From the NCBI GenBank assembly GCA_963849735.1, contig CAWKJE010000073.1, forward strand, positions 166,859-230,858: a stretch of 64,000 nucleotides of DNA, in the 5' to 3' direction. The stretch is from an uncultured delta proteobacterium (GTDB taxonomy: Bacteria; Myxococcota_A; Polyangia; Fen-1088). Both the position numbers and the translations under genes were made by a program. This document shows, piece after piece, positions 50,861-60,495 of this stretch. Numbering within the stretch: position 1 is the first letter of the stretch; each line of letters begins with the position of its first letter. The notes beneath the pieces are model-generated. The model did not search any database, was not told where the DNA came from, and worked only from the letters and a program-made list of their open reading frames with translations.

Positions 50861-53403
50861 GCAAAGAGACTCGTGTGGGACACCTGAAAGAGACCCTGCC
50901 GTCGACGGGAGTCGACTGCGTCGACTCACTAGCCGAGCTGGCCTTGAACATGCGCTCATCTTGGAATCATGCCACCGATGAAGTGTGGCGGAATCTCGAC
51001 CCCGAGCTCTGGGAGATCACGCACAATCCCTGGGCGGTCCTGCAGACGGTATCACGAGACAAGATTCACCAAGTTCTGGCCGATCCAGCATTCCGCAACA
51101 AGGTTGACAGTCTGGTCCAGACCCGCCGGCGTGCGGCGGAAGCGCCGGCTTGGTTCCAGCAACATCATTCGGGGGCCGCCCTGACATCCGTAGCCTACTT
51201 CTGCATGGAATTCATGTTGAGCGAAGCATTGCCCATCTACTCGGGCGGCTTGGGCAATGTGGCCGGCGACCAGCTCAAAGCGGCGAGCGATCTGGGGGTG
51301 CCGGTCATCGGCGTGGGCCTCTTGTACCAACAAGGCTACTTCCGCCAGGTGATCGACAAAAACGGAGAGCAAGAGGCGCTCTATCCTTACAACGACCCTG
51401 GGCAGTTGCCCATCACGCCACTGAGGGAAGCGAATGGCCAGTGGTTGAGACTGGAAATCACCTTGCCGGGCTACTCGGTATGGCTACGCGCATGGGAAGT
51501 CCAGGTCGGCCGGGTCAAGCTCTATCTCCTCGACAGCAACGACCCGGCGAATATCCCAGCGCACCGAGGCATCACGAGCCAGCTCTACGGTGGTGGACCA
51601 GAGCTTCGTCTCAAGCAAGAGATGCTGCTCGGCATAGGCGGATGGCGCCTACTCGAGGCGCTCGGGATCCGACCGGACGTCTGTCATCTGAATGAAGGGC
51701 ACGCGGCTTTCGCGGTGCTGGAGCGGGCTCGCGCCTTCATGAAGGAGGCCGGGCAACCCTTTGATGTGGCATTGGCGGTCACGAGAGCCGGAAACCTCTT
51801 CACGACTCACACCGCTGTGGCTGCGGGCTTTGACAGGTTTTCTCCGGCACTCATCGAGCAATACCTCGGGCGCTATGCCGAGCAGAAGCTAGGGATTGCC
51901 ACCCAGGAGCTGCTGGCCCTGGGTCGCAGAAACCCCAACGATCCTTCAGAAAGCTTCAATATGGCCTATCTGGCAATCCGCGGCAGCGGCGCGGTCAACG
52001 GTGTGAGTCACTTGCACGGCAAAGTCAGCCGACGCCTCTTTCAGCCACTCTTCCTCCGCTGGCCAGCGGAGGAAGTACCCGTCGGCCATGTGACCAATGG
52101 CGTCCATATGCCCAGTTGGGACTCCGCGGCGGCGGACGAGCTTTGGACGAAAGCCTGTGGAAAGGGCCGCTGGCTCGGGACAACCGAGACGCTGGAGCGT
52201 GACATTCAAGGGCTCTCCGACGCAGAGATCTGGCAATTCCGCTCGGCCGGTAACAGGTCTCTAGTTGAGTACACCCGCAAGCGCCTGGCAAGGCAACTCG
52301 CTGCCTCCGGCGCCACGCAAGAGGCGATTGACGCCGCGAACCATCTATTCGACCCCACAGCGCTCACCCTGGGCTTTGCTCGGCGTTTTGCGACTTACAA
52401 GAGGCCGAACCTGCTGCTGCGAGATCCGTCGCGCCTGGTTCGGCTGCTGACCAATCCGAAGCGTCCGGTGCGACTCATTATCGCAGGCAAGGCGCATCCG
52501 GAAGACCGGGCTGGCCAGGACCTGATTCATGAATGGATAGCCTTCATCCGCCAGCGTGAAGTTCGTCCCCATGCCGTCTTCTTGAGCGACTACGACATGC
52601 TCCTGACGGAACACATGGTGCAAGGTGTGGACGTCTGGATCAATACGCCACGACGCCCCTGGGAGGCGAGCGGAACAAGCGGGATGAAGGTGCTGGTAAA
52701 TGGCGGCATCAACCTCTCGGAGCTCGACGGCTGGTGGGCGGAAGCCTACACACCCGAGGTTGGTTGGGCATTGGGCGACGGCAACGAGCATGGCAACGAT
52801 CCCGCTTGGGATGCCAGCGAAGCCGACGCGCTTTATGAGCTGCTGGAAAACGAGGTAATTCCGGAGTTCTATGCCAGAGACGCAAATGGCATCTCCGCCG
52901 CGTGGGTCAAGCGGATGAGGGCGAGCATGGCGCAGCTGACCCCTCGCTTCTCGGCCGACCGCTCCGTGCGCGAATACACGGAACAACAGTACCTTCCGGC
53001 CGCCGCCGCCTACCGAGCCCGCTCCGCCAACTCGGGAGCCGTCGGCAGGCACATGGTAGATTGCCGAACCCACCTGGACACAAATTGGGATTCTCTGAGC
53101 TTCGGGGAAATGAAGGTAACGACGGCTGGCAACCAACACGTCTTTGAAGTCCAGGTCCATCTCAGCGCAATCGATCCAAAGGCCGTGCAGGTCGAACTGT
53201 ATGCCGAGCCGACCAGCGACGGCGAGCCGGCGCGGGAGGTGATGAAACGCGACGTTCAGAGCTCCGCGGCCTCGAGCAGCTACGTGTACCGTGCGGCGGT
53301 ATCAGCATCCCGCCCCGCCGCGGACTACACCGCGCGAGTGATAGCTCACTGTAGCGGGGTGGCGATTCCGCTCGAGGATTCCCGCATCCGGTGGCAGCGA
53401 TAA
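50857..53403 (+). CDS. glgP: alpha-glucan (glycogen) phosphorylase, copy 2
   Basis: The GTG overlaps the pgm stop. Same motifs as copy 1 (EASGTSGMK). Confidence 0.95.
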   Translation: MSKETRVGHLKETLPSTGVDCVDSLAELALNMRSSWNHATDEVWRNLDPELWEITHNPWAVLQTVSRDKIHQVLADPAFRNKVDSLVQTRRRAAEAPAWFQQHHSGAALTSVAYFCMEFMLSEALPIYSGGLGNVAGDQLKAASDLGVPVIGVGLLYQQGYFRQVIDKNGEQEALYPYNDPGQLPITPLREANGQWLRLEITLPGYSVWLRAWEVQVGRVKLYLLDSNDPANIPAHRGITSQLYGGGPELRLKQEMLLGIGGWRLLEALGIRPDVCHLNEGHAAFAVLERARAFMKEAGQPFDVALAVTRAGNLFTTHTAVAAGFDRFSPALIEQYLGRYAEQKLGIATQELLALGRRNPNDPSESFNMAYLAIRGSGAVNGVSHLHGKVSRRLFQPLFLRWPAEEVPVGHVTNGVHMPSWDSAAADELWTKACGKGRWLGTTETLERDIQGLSDAEIWQFRSAGNRSLVEYTRKRLARQLAASGATQEAIDAANHLFDPTALTLGFARRFATYKRPNLLLRDPSRLVRLLTNPKRPVRLIIAGKAHPEDRAGQDLIHEWIAFIRQREVRPHAVFLSDYDMLLTEHMVQGVDVWINTPRRPWEASGTSGMKVLVNGGINLSELDGWWAEAYTPEVGWALGDGNEHGNDPAWDASEADALYELLENEVIPEFYARDANGISAAWVKRMRASMAQLTPRFSADRSVREYTEQQYLPAAAAYRARSANSGAVGRHMVDCRTHLDTNWDSLSFGEMKVTTAGNQHVFEVQVHLSAIDPKAVQVELYAEPTSDGEPAREVMKRDVQSSAASSSYVYRAAVSASRPAADYTARVIAHCSGVAIPLEDSRIRWQR

Positions 53404-53482
53404 CGCCCGAGCGGCCGCTCCGTGCGATAGACGCCTGCTGGCGCGCCGCGAACTACCGGCCGGTGGGCATCGCTCGCTGATT

Positions 53483-55393
53483 TCAGGCGACGTATTCGGC
53501 GTCGACGACGTCATCCGTCTTGCCGGGCGCATCGCTCGCGGGATATCCTCCAGCGGCATTTGCCTGCGCCCCGCTCGTGCCGCCAGCCGCCTGGTAGAGC
53601 GCCTCGGCCATCTTGTGCGATGCCTTTTCCAGACGCTCGAACATGCCCTTGAATATCGCGGCGTCCGTGGCCTCCTTGTTCGTATCCAACGTCGTGCGAG
53701 CCTCCTTGAGCGCGTCTTCAAGCGTGTCGCGTTCGCTAGCCGAGATCTTCTCCTTGTTCTCGTCGAAATGCTTCTGCACGCTGAATTGCAGGCTCTCCAG
53801 GCGATTGCGCGCCTCGATGGCCTCACGCCGCTGCTTGTCCTCGACCTCGTGCTCCTGCGCTTCCTTGGTCATGCGCTGGACCTCCGATTCCGACAGACCC
53901 GACGACGCTGTGATGGTGATCTGCTGGGCCTTCGCCGTCGCCTTGTCCTTGGCCGACGCGTTGACGATGCCGTTGGCGTCGATGTCAAAGGTGACCTCAA
54001 TCTGTGGTACGCCGCGCGATGCGGGTAGGATACCCTCGAGGCCGAACTTCCCGAGCAGACGGTTGTCGTTCGCCATGGGCCGTTCGCCCTGGAAGACCTT
54101 GATTTCCACGGAGGTCTGGTTGTCGACGGCGGTCGAGAACACTTCGGACTTCTTGGTCGGGATAGTGGTGTTGCGCGGGATGAGCGTGGTCATCACGCCA
54201 CCCAGGGTCTCGATGCCCAGTGACAGGGGGGCCACGTCGAGAAGGAGCATGTCCTTGACCTCGCCGGAGATGACGCCGGCCTGGATCGCTGCGCCGAGCG
54301 CCACGACTTCGTCCGGGTTCACGCCCTTGTGGGGTTCCTTGCCGAAGAAATCCTTCACCGCCTGCTGGACTTTCGGGATGCGCGTAGACCCTCCGACCAG
54401 AACCACCTCGGCGATCTCCGACGGCTTCTTGTTGGCGTCGGCGAGCGCCTTCTTGGTTGGCTCGACAGTACGCTGAATGAGGTCGTCGAGCATCTGTTCG
54501 AGCCTGCTGCGTGAGAGCCTGATTTGCAGGTGCTTGGGGCCCGAGGCATCCGCGGTGAGGAAGGGCAGATTGATCTCGGTTTCGAGGACCTGCGATAGCT
54601 CGATCTTGGCCTTTTCGCCTGCCTCGCGCAGGCGCTGCAGAACCATCTTGTCCTTGGACACATCGATGCCCTGGTCCTTGCGAAACTCTGCGATGAGCCA
54701 GTCCATAATGCGCTGATCAATGTCGTCGCCGCCCAGGTGGGTGTCGCCGTTGGTGGACACGACCTCGACGACGTTCTCGCCCACTTCGAGGATCGAGATA
54801 TCGAACGTCCCACCCCCGAAATCGTACACCGCTATGATCTCGTCCTTCTTCTTATCGAGACCGTAGGCCAGTGCGGCCGCGGTCGGCTCATTAACGATGC
54901 GCTTGACGTCGAGGCCGGCGATGCGGCCGGCATCCTTGGTGGCCTGGCGCTGCGAGTCGTTGAAGTAGGCCGGTACCGTGATGACTGCCTCGGTGACCTT
55001 TTCGCCCAGGTGATCCTCGGCCGCCTTCTTCAGCTTGCCGAGTACCTTGGCCGAAACCTCGGGAGGCGTGACCTTTTTGCCGCGGATTTCAAAGTCGACC
55101 TCGCCATGAGCGCCGCGCATGCTCTTGAATGGCATGCGCTTGATGTCCTCGGCGGCCTCTTCGAAGCGTCGCCCGATGAACCGCTTGGCCGAAAAGATGG
55201 TATTCTCGGGATTGGTGACGGCCTGCCGGCGCGCGATCTGGCCGACCAGGACGTCGCCGTTGGCGTCCCAGGCCACAACCGATGGGGTCAAGCGCCCGCC
55301 CTCTTCATTTGCGATGACCTTGGGCTCCTTGCCCTCCATGATGGCCACGACAGAGTTGGTGGTCCCGAGGTCTATTCCAATGATTCTTCCCAT
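53483..55393 (-). CDS. dnaK: molecular chaperone DnaK (stand-alone paralog)
   Basis: [46 protein letters not shown]-terminal DDVVDAEY. Confidence 0.97.
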   Translation of the reverse strand: MGRIIGIDLGTTNSVVAIMEGKEPKVIANEEGGRLTPSVVAWDANGDVLVGQIARRQAVTNPENTIFSAKRFIGRRFEEAAEDIKRMPFKSMRGAHGEVDFEIRGKKVTPPEVSAKVLGKLKKAAEDHLGEKVTEAVITVPAYFNDSQRQATKDAGRIAGLDVKRIVNEPTAAALAYGLDKKKDEIIAVYDFGGGTFDISILEVGENVVEVVSTNGDTHLGGDDIDQRIMDWLIAEFRKDQGIDVSKDKMVLQRLREAGEKAKIELSQVLETEINLPFLTADASGPKHLQIRLSRSRLEQMLDDLIQRTVEPTKKALADANKKPSEIAEVVLVGGSTRIPKVQQAVKDFFGKEPHKGVNPDEVVALGAAIQAGVISGEVKDMLLLDVAPLSLGIETLGGVMTTLIPRNTTIPTKKSEVFSTAVDNQTSVEIKVFQGERPMANDNRLLGKFGLEGILPASRGVPQIEVTFDIDANGIVNASAKDKATAKAQQITITASSGLSESEVQRMTKEAQEHEVEDKQRREAIEARNRLESLQFSVQKHFDENKEKISASERDTLEDALKEARTTLDTNKEATDAAIFKGMFERLEKASHKMAEALYQAAGGTSGAQANAAGGYPASDAPGKTDDVVDAEYVA

Positions 55394-55473
55394 GGTGCAG
55401 GTCCTTTTTGTGCGTGTGTCAGAAGTCGGTGACTCAAATGCGGCCGCGACGAGATTCGCGCACACGCAGGTAC

Positions 55474-55489
55474 AGCATCATTCGAGCCA
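55474..55489 (-). promoter_or_regulatory. sigma54 motif TGGCTCGAATGATGCT (dnaK)
   Basis: GG-N10-GC about 80 bp upstream of the dnaK ATG. Confidence 0.55.
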
Positions 55490-55623
55490 CCGACTAAATT
55501 CGAGCAGGCCCGGCGGATTTAGGTCCTCGAATCGCTTGCGGGCGCAAAACTTAGACCAATATGATGACGCTACGCTGTCAAAATGAAGGCGGAAATCCTC
55601 GTCTGGGCACGAGCTTTCATGGA

Positions 55624-55691
55624 GATCCCGGTCCGCGCAAGATCCGGGTCCGCGCAAGATCCGGGTCCGCGCAAGATCCGGGTCCGCGCAA
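55624..55691. repeat. 17-bp tandem repeat x4 (GATCCGGGTCCGCGCAA)
   Basis: Units at 55624 (1 mismatch), 55641, 55658 and 55675, in the dnaK/OYE divergent region. Confidence 0.92.
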
Positions 55692-55850
55692 GACGGGCCG
55701 TGAGCTAAAATAACCCTACAGGCGCACGTGCCGAGCCGTGTGGTACCGGCAGTCATAACAGGGCACCAAGTCAATCAATTTGAATGACGGCGGGCCATTC
55801 CATCGACCTCGCGCGCTGTCGTTCCTCTGGTGGTCTGGAAATGTCGCATG

Positions 55851-55866
55851 CGGCACAAGTCTTGCT
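55851..55866 (+). promoter_or_regulatory. sigma54 motif CGGCACAAGTCTTGCT (OYE unit)
   Basis: GGCAC…TTGCT near consensus, about 185 bp upstream of 56049. Confidence 0.6.
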
Positions 55867-56048
55867 GGACGCCGGCGGCAAGGACAAGCTCCGCAGAATG
55901 CCGAACAAACCGCGCCATTTGACTCGACCGCAATTGGCAAACGCAACCTTCCGGTGACACTGACAACGACTCGAGATTGTGCTGCAACCTAACTTAGCCG
56001 ACCTACCATCGCTCGACGAGGTAAAGACGACTCGATGAGGGATCCTCA

Positions 56049-57146
56049 ATGAATGCAGGAAGACTATTTCAGCCATTTCAGTTGAGGTCATTGAAGCTCA
56101 GAAACCGGATCGTCATGGCGCCGATGACTCGCTCATTTTCCCCCGGGGGCGTTCCGGCTGCGAACGTGGCTGACTATTATGCGCGGCGTGCGAAGCACGA
56201 GGTTGGGCTGATCGTGTCGGAGGGCACCGTAGTCAATCGTCTCGCGTCTTCCAATGATCCCAACGTGCCGCGCTTTTGGGGCGAAGAGTCGCTCGTAGGA
56301 TGGAAGACGGTGATTGACAGGGTGCATGTCGCGGGTGGTCTCATGGCGCCGCAGCTCTGGCATATGGGCGTGGTCGCACCCAAGGCCGGCTGGCTACCAC
56401 CCGCTCCATTCGAAGGGCCCTCCGGTTACGTGGCCCAAGGGAAGATCGGCGGCGTCGCGATGACCGAAGCCGATATCGCGGAAACTGTTGCGGAATTTGC
56501 GCGGTCGGCGGCTGTGGCCAAGGCATTGGGATTCGATGCGGTCGAGATTCACGGCGCACATGGCTATCTGATCGACCAGTTCTTTTGGCAGCCCACCAAT
56601 CAACGCAGTGACCGCTACGGTGGGAGGACCCTGGCCGAGCGGACTCTCTTTGCTGTGGAGCTCGTCCGGGCGGTTCGCCAGGCTGTCGGCGCGGACTTTC
56701 CAATCTGCCTCCGGATATCGCAGTGGAAGCTCCAGGACTATGCCGCGAAGCTGGCGACCACGCCCCAGGAGATGGAAGCGTGGCTGTCTCCCCTGGTGGC
56801 GGCGGGCGTCGATGTCTTCCATTGTTCGCAACGCCGGTTCTGGGAGCCGGAGTTCCCCGGGTCCGATCTGAATTTTGCCGGATGGGCCAAGAAGCTGACC
56901 GGCAAGACCACCATCACGGTGGGCTCGGTCGGACTCTCCGGAGACTTTCTGGCGGCCTTTCAGGGAGAGTCCTCGACACCCAGTCAGTTGGATGAGCTCC
57001 TACGGCGTTACGACCGAGGAGATTTTGACCTCGTGGCGGTGGGCCGCGCCCTGCTGGCAGACGCCGCGTGGGCGCAGAAGACCCACGAGGGGCGTATGTC
57101 AGGGCTGATGGGCTTCAGCAAAGAAGCCCTCGCGACGCTTTGGTAA
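56049..57146 (+). CDS. NADH:flavin oxidoreductase (Old Yellow Enzyme family)
   Basis: NRIVMAPMTR, QLWHMG, EIHGAHGYLIDQF, VAVGRAL. Confidence 0.93.
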   Translation: MNAGRLFQPFQLRSLKLRNRIVMAPMTRSFSPGGVPAANVADYYARRAKHEVGLIVSEGTVVNRLASSNDPNVPRFWGEESLVGWKTVIDRVHVAGGLMAPQLWHMGVVAPKAGWLPPAPFEGPSGYVAQGKIGGVAMTEADIAETVAEFARSAAVAKALGFDAVEIHGAHGYLIDQFFWQPTNQRSDRYGGRTLAERTLFAVELVRAVRQAVGADFPICLRISQWKLQDYAAKLATTPQEMEAWLSPLVAAGVDVFHCSQRRFWEPEFPGSDLNFAGWAKKLTGKTTITVGSVGLSGDFLAAFQGESSTPSQLDELLRRYDRGDFDLVAVGRALLADAAWAQKTHEGRMSGLMGFSKEALATLW

Positions 57147-57174
57147 GCTCCATTGGTGCCTACAGGGCTTCTAG

Positions 57175-57972
57175 ATGGCAGATGACCTGCATAACCGAAG
57201 CGAGCGATGGCAAATCCGAGTTCGCGATCTGCACAAGTCCTTCCGGACGCAAGACGTTCTGCGTGGGGTGAACCTGGACATCGAGCGTCGTAAGATCAAC
57301 ATCATCATCGGCGGATCGGGGCAGGGCAAGTCGGTCCTCATGAAGCACCTGATGGGGCTATTGGCGCCGGATAGCGGACACATTTACATCGACGGTGTGG
57401 ACATCATCGGCCTCGGCGAGGTGGCCATGGGGAAGATTAGGCGCAAGTTTGGCATGGTCTTTCAGTACGCCGCGCTCTTCGACTCGATGAACGTCGTCGA
57501 GAACATCGCGTTTCCTCTGCTGGAGCGCTACCGGTTGTCGAGAGCGGAGGTCATGGAGCGCGTGCGCGCTCTGCTCACGAAGCTAGACCTGGCCGGCACG
57601 GCCGGCATCGAACAGAAGCTCCCGTCGGAGCTTTCTGGTGGCATGCGCAAGCGAGTGGGCTTGGCGCGAGCGCTCATCGATCGGCCGGAAATTCTGCTCT
57701 ACGATGAGCCGACAACCGGGCTGGACCCCATCGCAAGCAAGAATGTCGACGAGATGATCAGGCGGACCGCGGACGACTTCGGCGTCACTTCTGTGGTCAT
57801 CTCACACGACATGGCATCGACCTTTCGCATCGCGGACCGAGTAGCGATGCTTTGCGACGGGATCATCGTGGCCGACGGAACGCGCACTGAAGTCCTTGCC
57901 GCGCCGCCCGCGGTGCTGCGGGAGTTTGTTGAACCCTCCGGCGCGGTGCGCTTTGGAGGAGCCCCTTCGTGA
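57175..57972 (+). CDS. ABC transporter ATP-binding protein (MlaF/Mkl type)
   Basis: GGSGQGKS, FQYAALFDS, LSGGMRKRVGLARA, YDEPTTGLDP. Confidence 0.9.
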   Translation: MADDLHNRSERWQIRVRDLHKSFRTQDVLRGVNLDIERRKINIIIGGSGQGKSVLMKHLMGLLAPDSGHIYIDGVDIIGLGEVAMGKIRRKFGMVFQYAALFDSMNVVENIAFPLLERYRLSRAEVMERVRALLTKLDLAGTAGIEQKLPSELSGGMRKRVGLARALIDRPEILLYDEPTTGLDPIASKNVDEMIRRTADDFGVTSVVISHDMASTFRIADRVAMLCDGIIVADGTRTEVLAAPPAVLREFVEPSGAVRFGGAPS

Positions 57973-58149
57973 GTACTGCCTAAGTATGAGTCGCTGCGCG
58001 CCACAACCTGATCTCGTCTCGGCACCGGACGGGATAACGGTCGCACCGCCCATCGCGATCATTCCGCCGTAATGAATTTAGCCCCACTGCGGCGGCGATG
58101 ATGATGATCATGATGGTGGTGATCGTGCTCCGCCGCACGGGGACAGGAA

Positions 58150-58632
58150 CTAGGACTTGGGCGCGTCGCTTACCTTTACCTCGATGCGCTTCGGCTGCAA
58201 TTCAGGGCGCTTCGGTAGATGCAGCGTCAGCACACCCTGCGCGAGCTCGGCGCGAATATGGTCGTTGCCGTCGGTTCCTTCCGGCAGGGTGAATACGCGC
58301 GTAAACGCTCCATAGGAGCATTCACGGGCATAGTAGCTATCGCTGCTCTCCTCCTTCTCCGCTTCGCGCTTGCCACTGATAGAGAGCCGATTGCCGGTCA
58401 TGGTGATCTCCAGATCCTTCTCCTTGATCCCGGGCACGTCGGCCTTGAATACGAAACCATCCTTTGTCTCTCTGATCTCAAAATCCGGCGTGAGACGCGC
58501 CTGCTGGTCCTCGGGACTCAGGTAGGGAGCCATTTGGCGAAATGGATCCCAGTGCACCCATTGGATTTGCTGCCCCTCATTCGGATCTCGTGGTGTTTCT
58601 CCACCATTTTTGCGCACAACTACGTTGGACAT
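58150..58632 (-). CDS. small heat-shock protein Hsp20
   Basis: RBS AAGGAG; WDPF, ADVPG, YGAFTRVFTLP, GVLTLHLPK, KRIEV. Confidence 0.92.
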   Translation of the reverse strand: MSNVVVRKNGGETPRDPNEGQQIQWVHWDPFRQMAPYLSPEDQQARLTPDFEIRETKDGFVFKADVPGIKEKDLEITMTGNRLSISGKREAEKEESSDSYYARECSYGAFTRVFTLPEGTDGNDHIRAELAQGVLTLHLPKRPELQPKRIEVKVSDAPKS

Positions 58633-58704
58633 GATGTTCTCCTTGACATGCGCCGCTAGGACGACGGGTTGCGGGTCTCGGTATTGACCCTCCCCCGGGG
58701 CTCT

Positions 58705-58720
58705 AGCAGTTTTCGCGCCA
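58705..58720 (-). promoter_or_regulatory. sigma54 motif TGGCGCGAAAACTGCT (hsp20)
   Basis: GG-N10-GC about 73 bp upstream of the ATG. Confidence 0.65.
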
Positions 58721-59149
58721 TCATGAAGCTCTGTGGCGTTCAAGGACTTAGGACGGGAACATCGGAAGCGATGGAGAACTTAGACCAGGATGGGGCACAA
58801 CGCCGGTCATTTTGAAGGACAGAGTGGGCCCAAACCAGCGTTACGGCGCCAGTAGAACCGCGGCGCCTTGGAATCGACCAGAGTGGAGGTCGGCAAGAGC
58901 GCCGAGCAGACCGGTGTAGCGCTTGCCCGAGAGCGAGAAGATCTTCGTACCGGCATTCTTCTCCGTGCCGACGCCGCGGAACCACGTGTCCTTTAGGCTG
59001 CGCAACATGGGCACTTCCCATCACGCTCCGCGGAACTGATCGCTGTCAGGGAGGGCCGAGAGGGCTCGGCTCGGAATGAGACTCACGTGGCCAAATCTCT
59101 CGACAATGAGCTCGTGGCTTGCGGCTATCCAATCCTCACGGTCAAAGCC

Positions 59150-59752
59150 ATGGGTACTGCCGCGGGCCTCGTACTTCTCGTAAGCACGCTGGGCGATGGC
59201 GGCGTCGCAAGCAGATCGCGCATCCTGTCCTGGGCAACAAGGATGGGACGCTGGCCGCCCCGTTTCCCGCGATTGGCAAGCCCAACTCTGTGCACGTGCA
59301 TCTGCGGTCGGAATTTTACAGCCCAGAGGTGGGGCTTTTGCGCCAGGGCGCCCGAGTCACCGTGACCGCGTGTTATCCCGACTGCACCACCCGACACGCG
59401 TGGGCCTTGCTGGGGGCCGATGGCGCCATTCGGCTGGACTCGCTGGCACTCCCTCCCCTGCCCGAGGAACGGCCTCCGCTGCCCTCTACTTCAACAAGAA
59501 CGAGGCTCTGCACGAGGCCTATTGGCATGACCGCTTTGGGCACCCACGTCTCACGGATGTATCAACCTCGCGCCTGCTGACGCACGCTGGCTGTTTGTTT
59601 GGTCGCCACCCTTGTTGCCGGAAAACTGGAGCACGATCGATCCCAAGGCCGCCGGGCTGAGTTCGCTGTGGGTGTTTGTCAAGGAAAGGACAACCGTGAA
59701 TCAGATTCCGCACTTCTCCCAAGCGACCGAGCGGCCAAAGCATGGCATGTAA
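59150..59752 (+). pseudogene. L,D-transpeptidase (YkuD family) relic
   Basis: LYFNKNEALHEAYWHDRFGHPR continues after a 1-nt shift at about 59549 as SHGCINLAPADARWLFVWSPP…GM*. Upstream pieces lie in other frames. Confidence 0.75.
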
Positions 59753-59830
59753 CTGCCGCTTTCGTGATCGTGGATATGCCGTGGCGGTCTGGTTCTTTTG
59801 GTGACCGGGACAGAGGTCCCGCCAGCACTG

Positions 59831-60100
59831 TCACGTCACCGGAATCTTGGTGAGGATGTCCCGCAAAGTCACGAAGAGGCCCTCGCGCTTGATCTCCTCG
59901 ATGAACGTGGTGGTGTCCGAGGCGGCTGCGCTCATCTGCTTGATCCGATCGAACCGGAGATTCGGTGCCGTCGGGTTGATCCTCGCGATCAGCTGCTTCA
60001 GCCCGTCAAAGAGCCCCTCTTCGTCGATGCGCACGGCGAAGAAGTCCGGCATCAGCGATGCCTTGGCCACATCGTGGATTTTCGCTAGGTCTATCGCCAT
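59831..60100 (-). CDS. small hypothetical protein (89 aa)
   Basis: RBS AGGA, strong GC3 bias, amphipathic helical composition. Confidence 0.6.
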   Translation of the reverse strand: MAIDLAKIHDVAKASLMPDFFAVRIDEEGLFDGLKQLIARINPTAPNLRFDRIKQMSAAASDTTTFIEEIKREGLFVTLRDILTKIPVT

Positions 60101-60390
60101 GTTTGATCCTATCCGCCGCTGCGGCTTGGCCGCATCTTAGCGCACCGTGGGCCGCCCCGCACCTGCTTCGTGGCGCGACGTAGCCCCCCCCCCGAACCGG
60201 GCAAAAATACGCCGGTCCAGGCGAGCGCCTGATCGAGGCCCCTGAGGGATGAATGGCATCGCCTTCGTCCTCGGTGCGGTTTGGGGCTCGAGGGGTGGAT
60301 CCATCAGAATGGCGGTATGGGGGCGCCAAATCGAAGCAGTTGGCGAGGCGGAAGCGCCGCTCGGGGCGCGGAAGGGCGGGCGAATCGGCC

Positions 60391-60406
60391 TGGCGTGGAA
60401 GATGCA
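60391..60406 (+). promoter_or_regulatory. sigma54 motif TGGCGTGGAAGATGCA (DUF2934 copy 2)
   Basis: GG-N10-GC 90 bp upstream of 60496. Confidence 0.5.
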
Positions 60407-60495
60407 GTGCTTTGCGTCTGAGTCCTGGCATGTGACCGGCGTCTTCGCCGGGTCCCCAAGATTCTCCTTCCCCAATAGCCCAAAGGAACCGAGGC

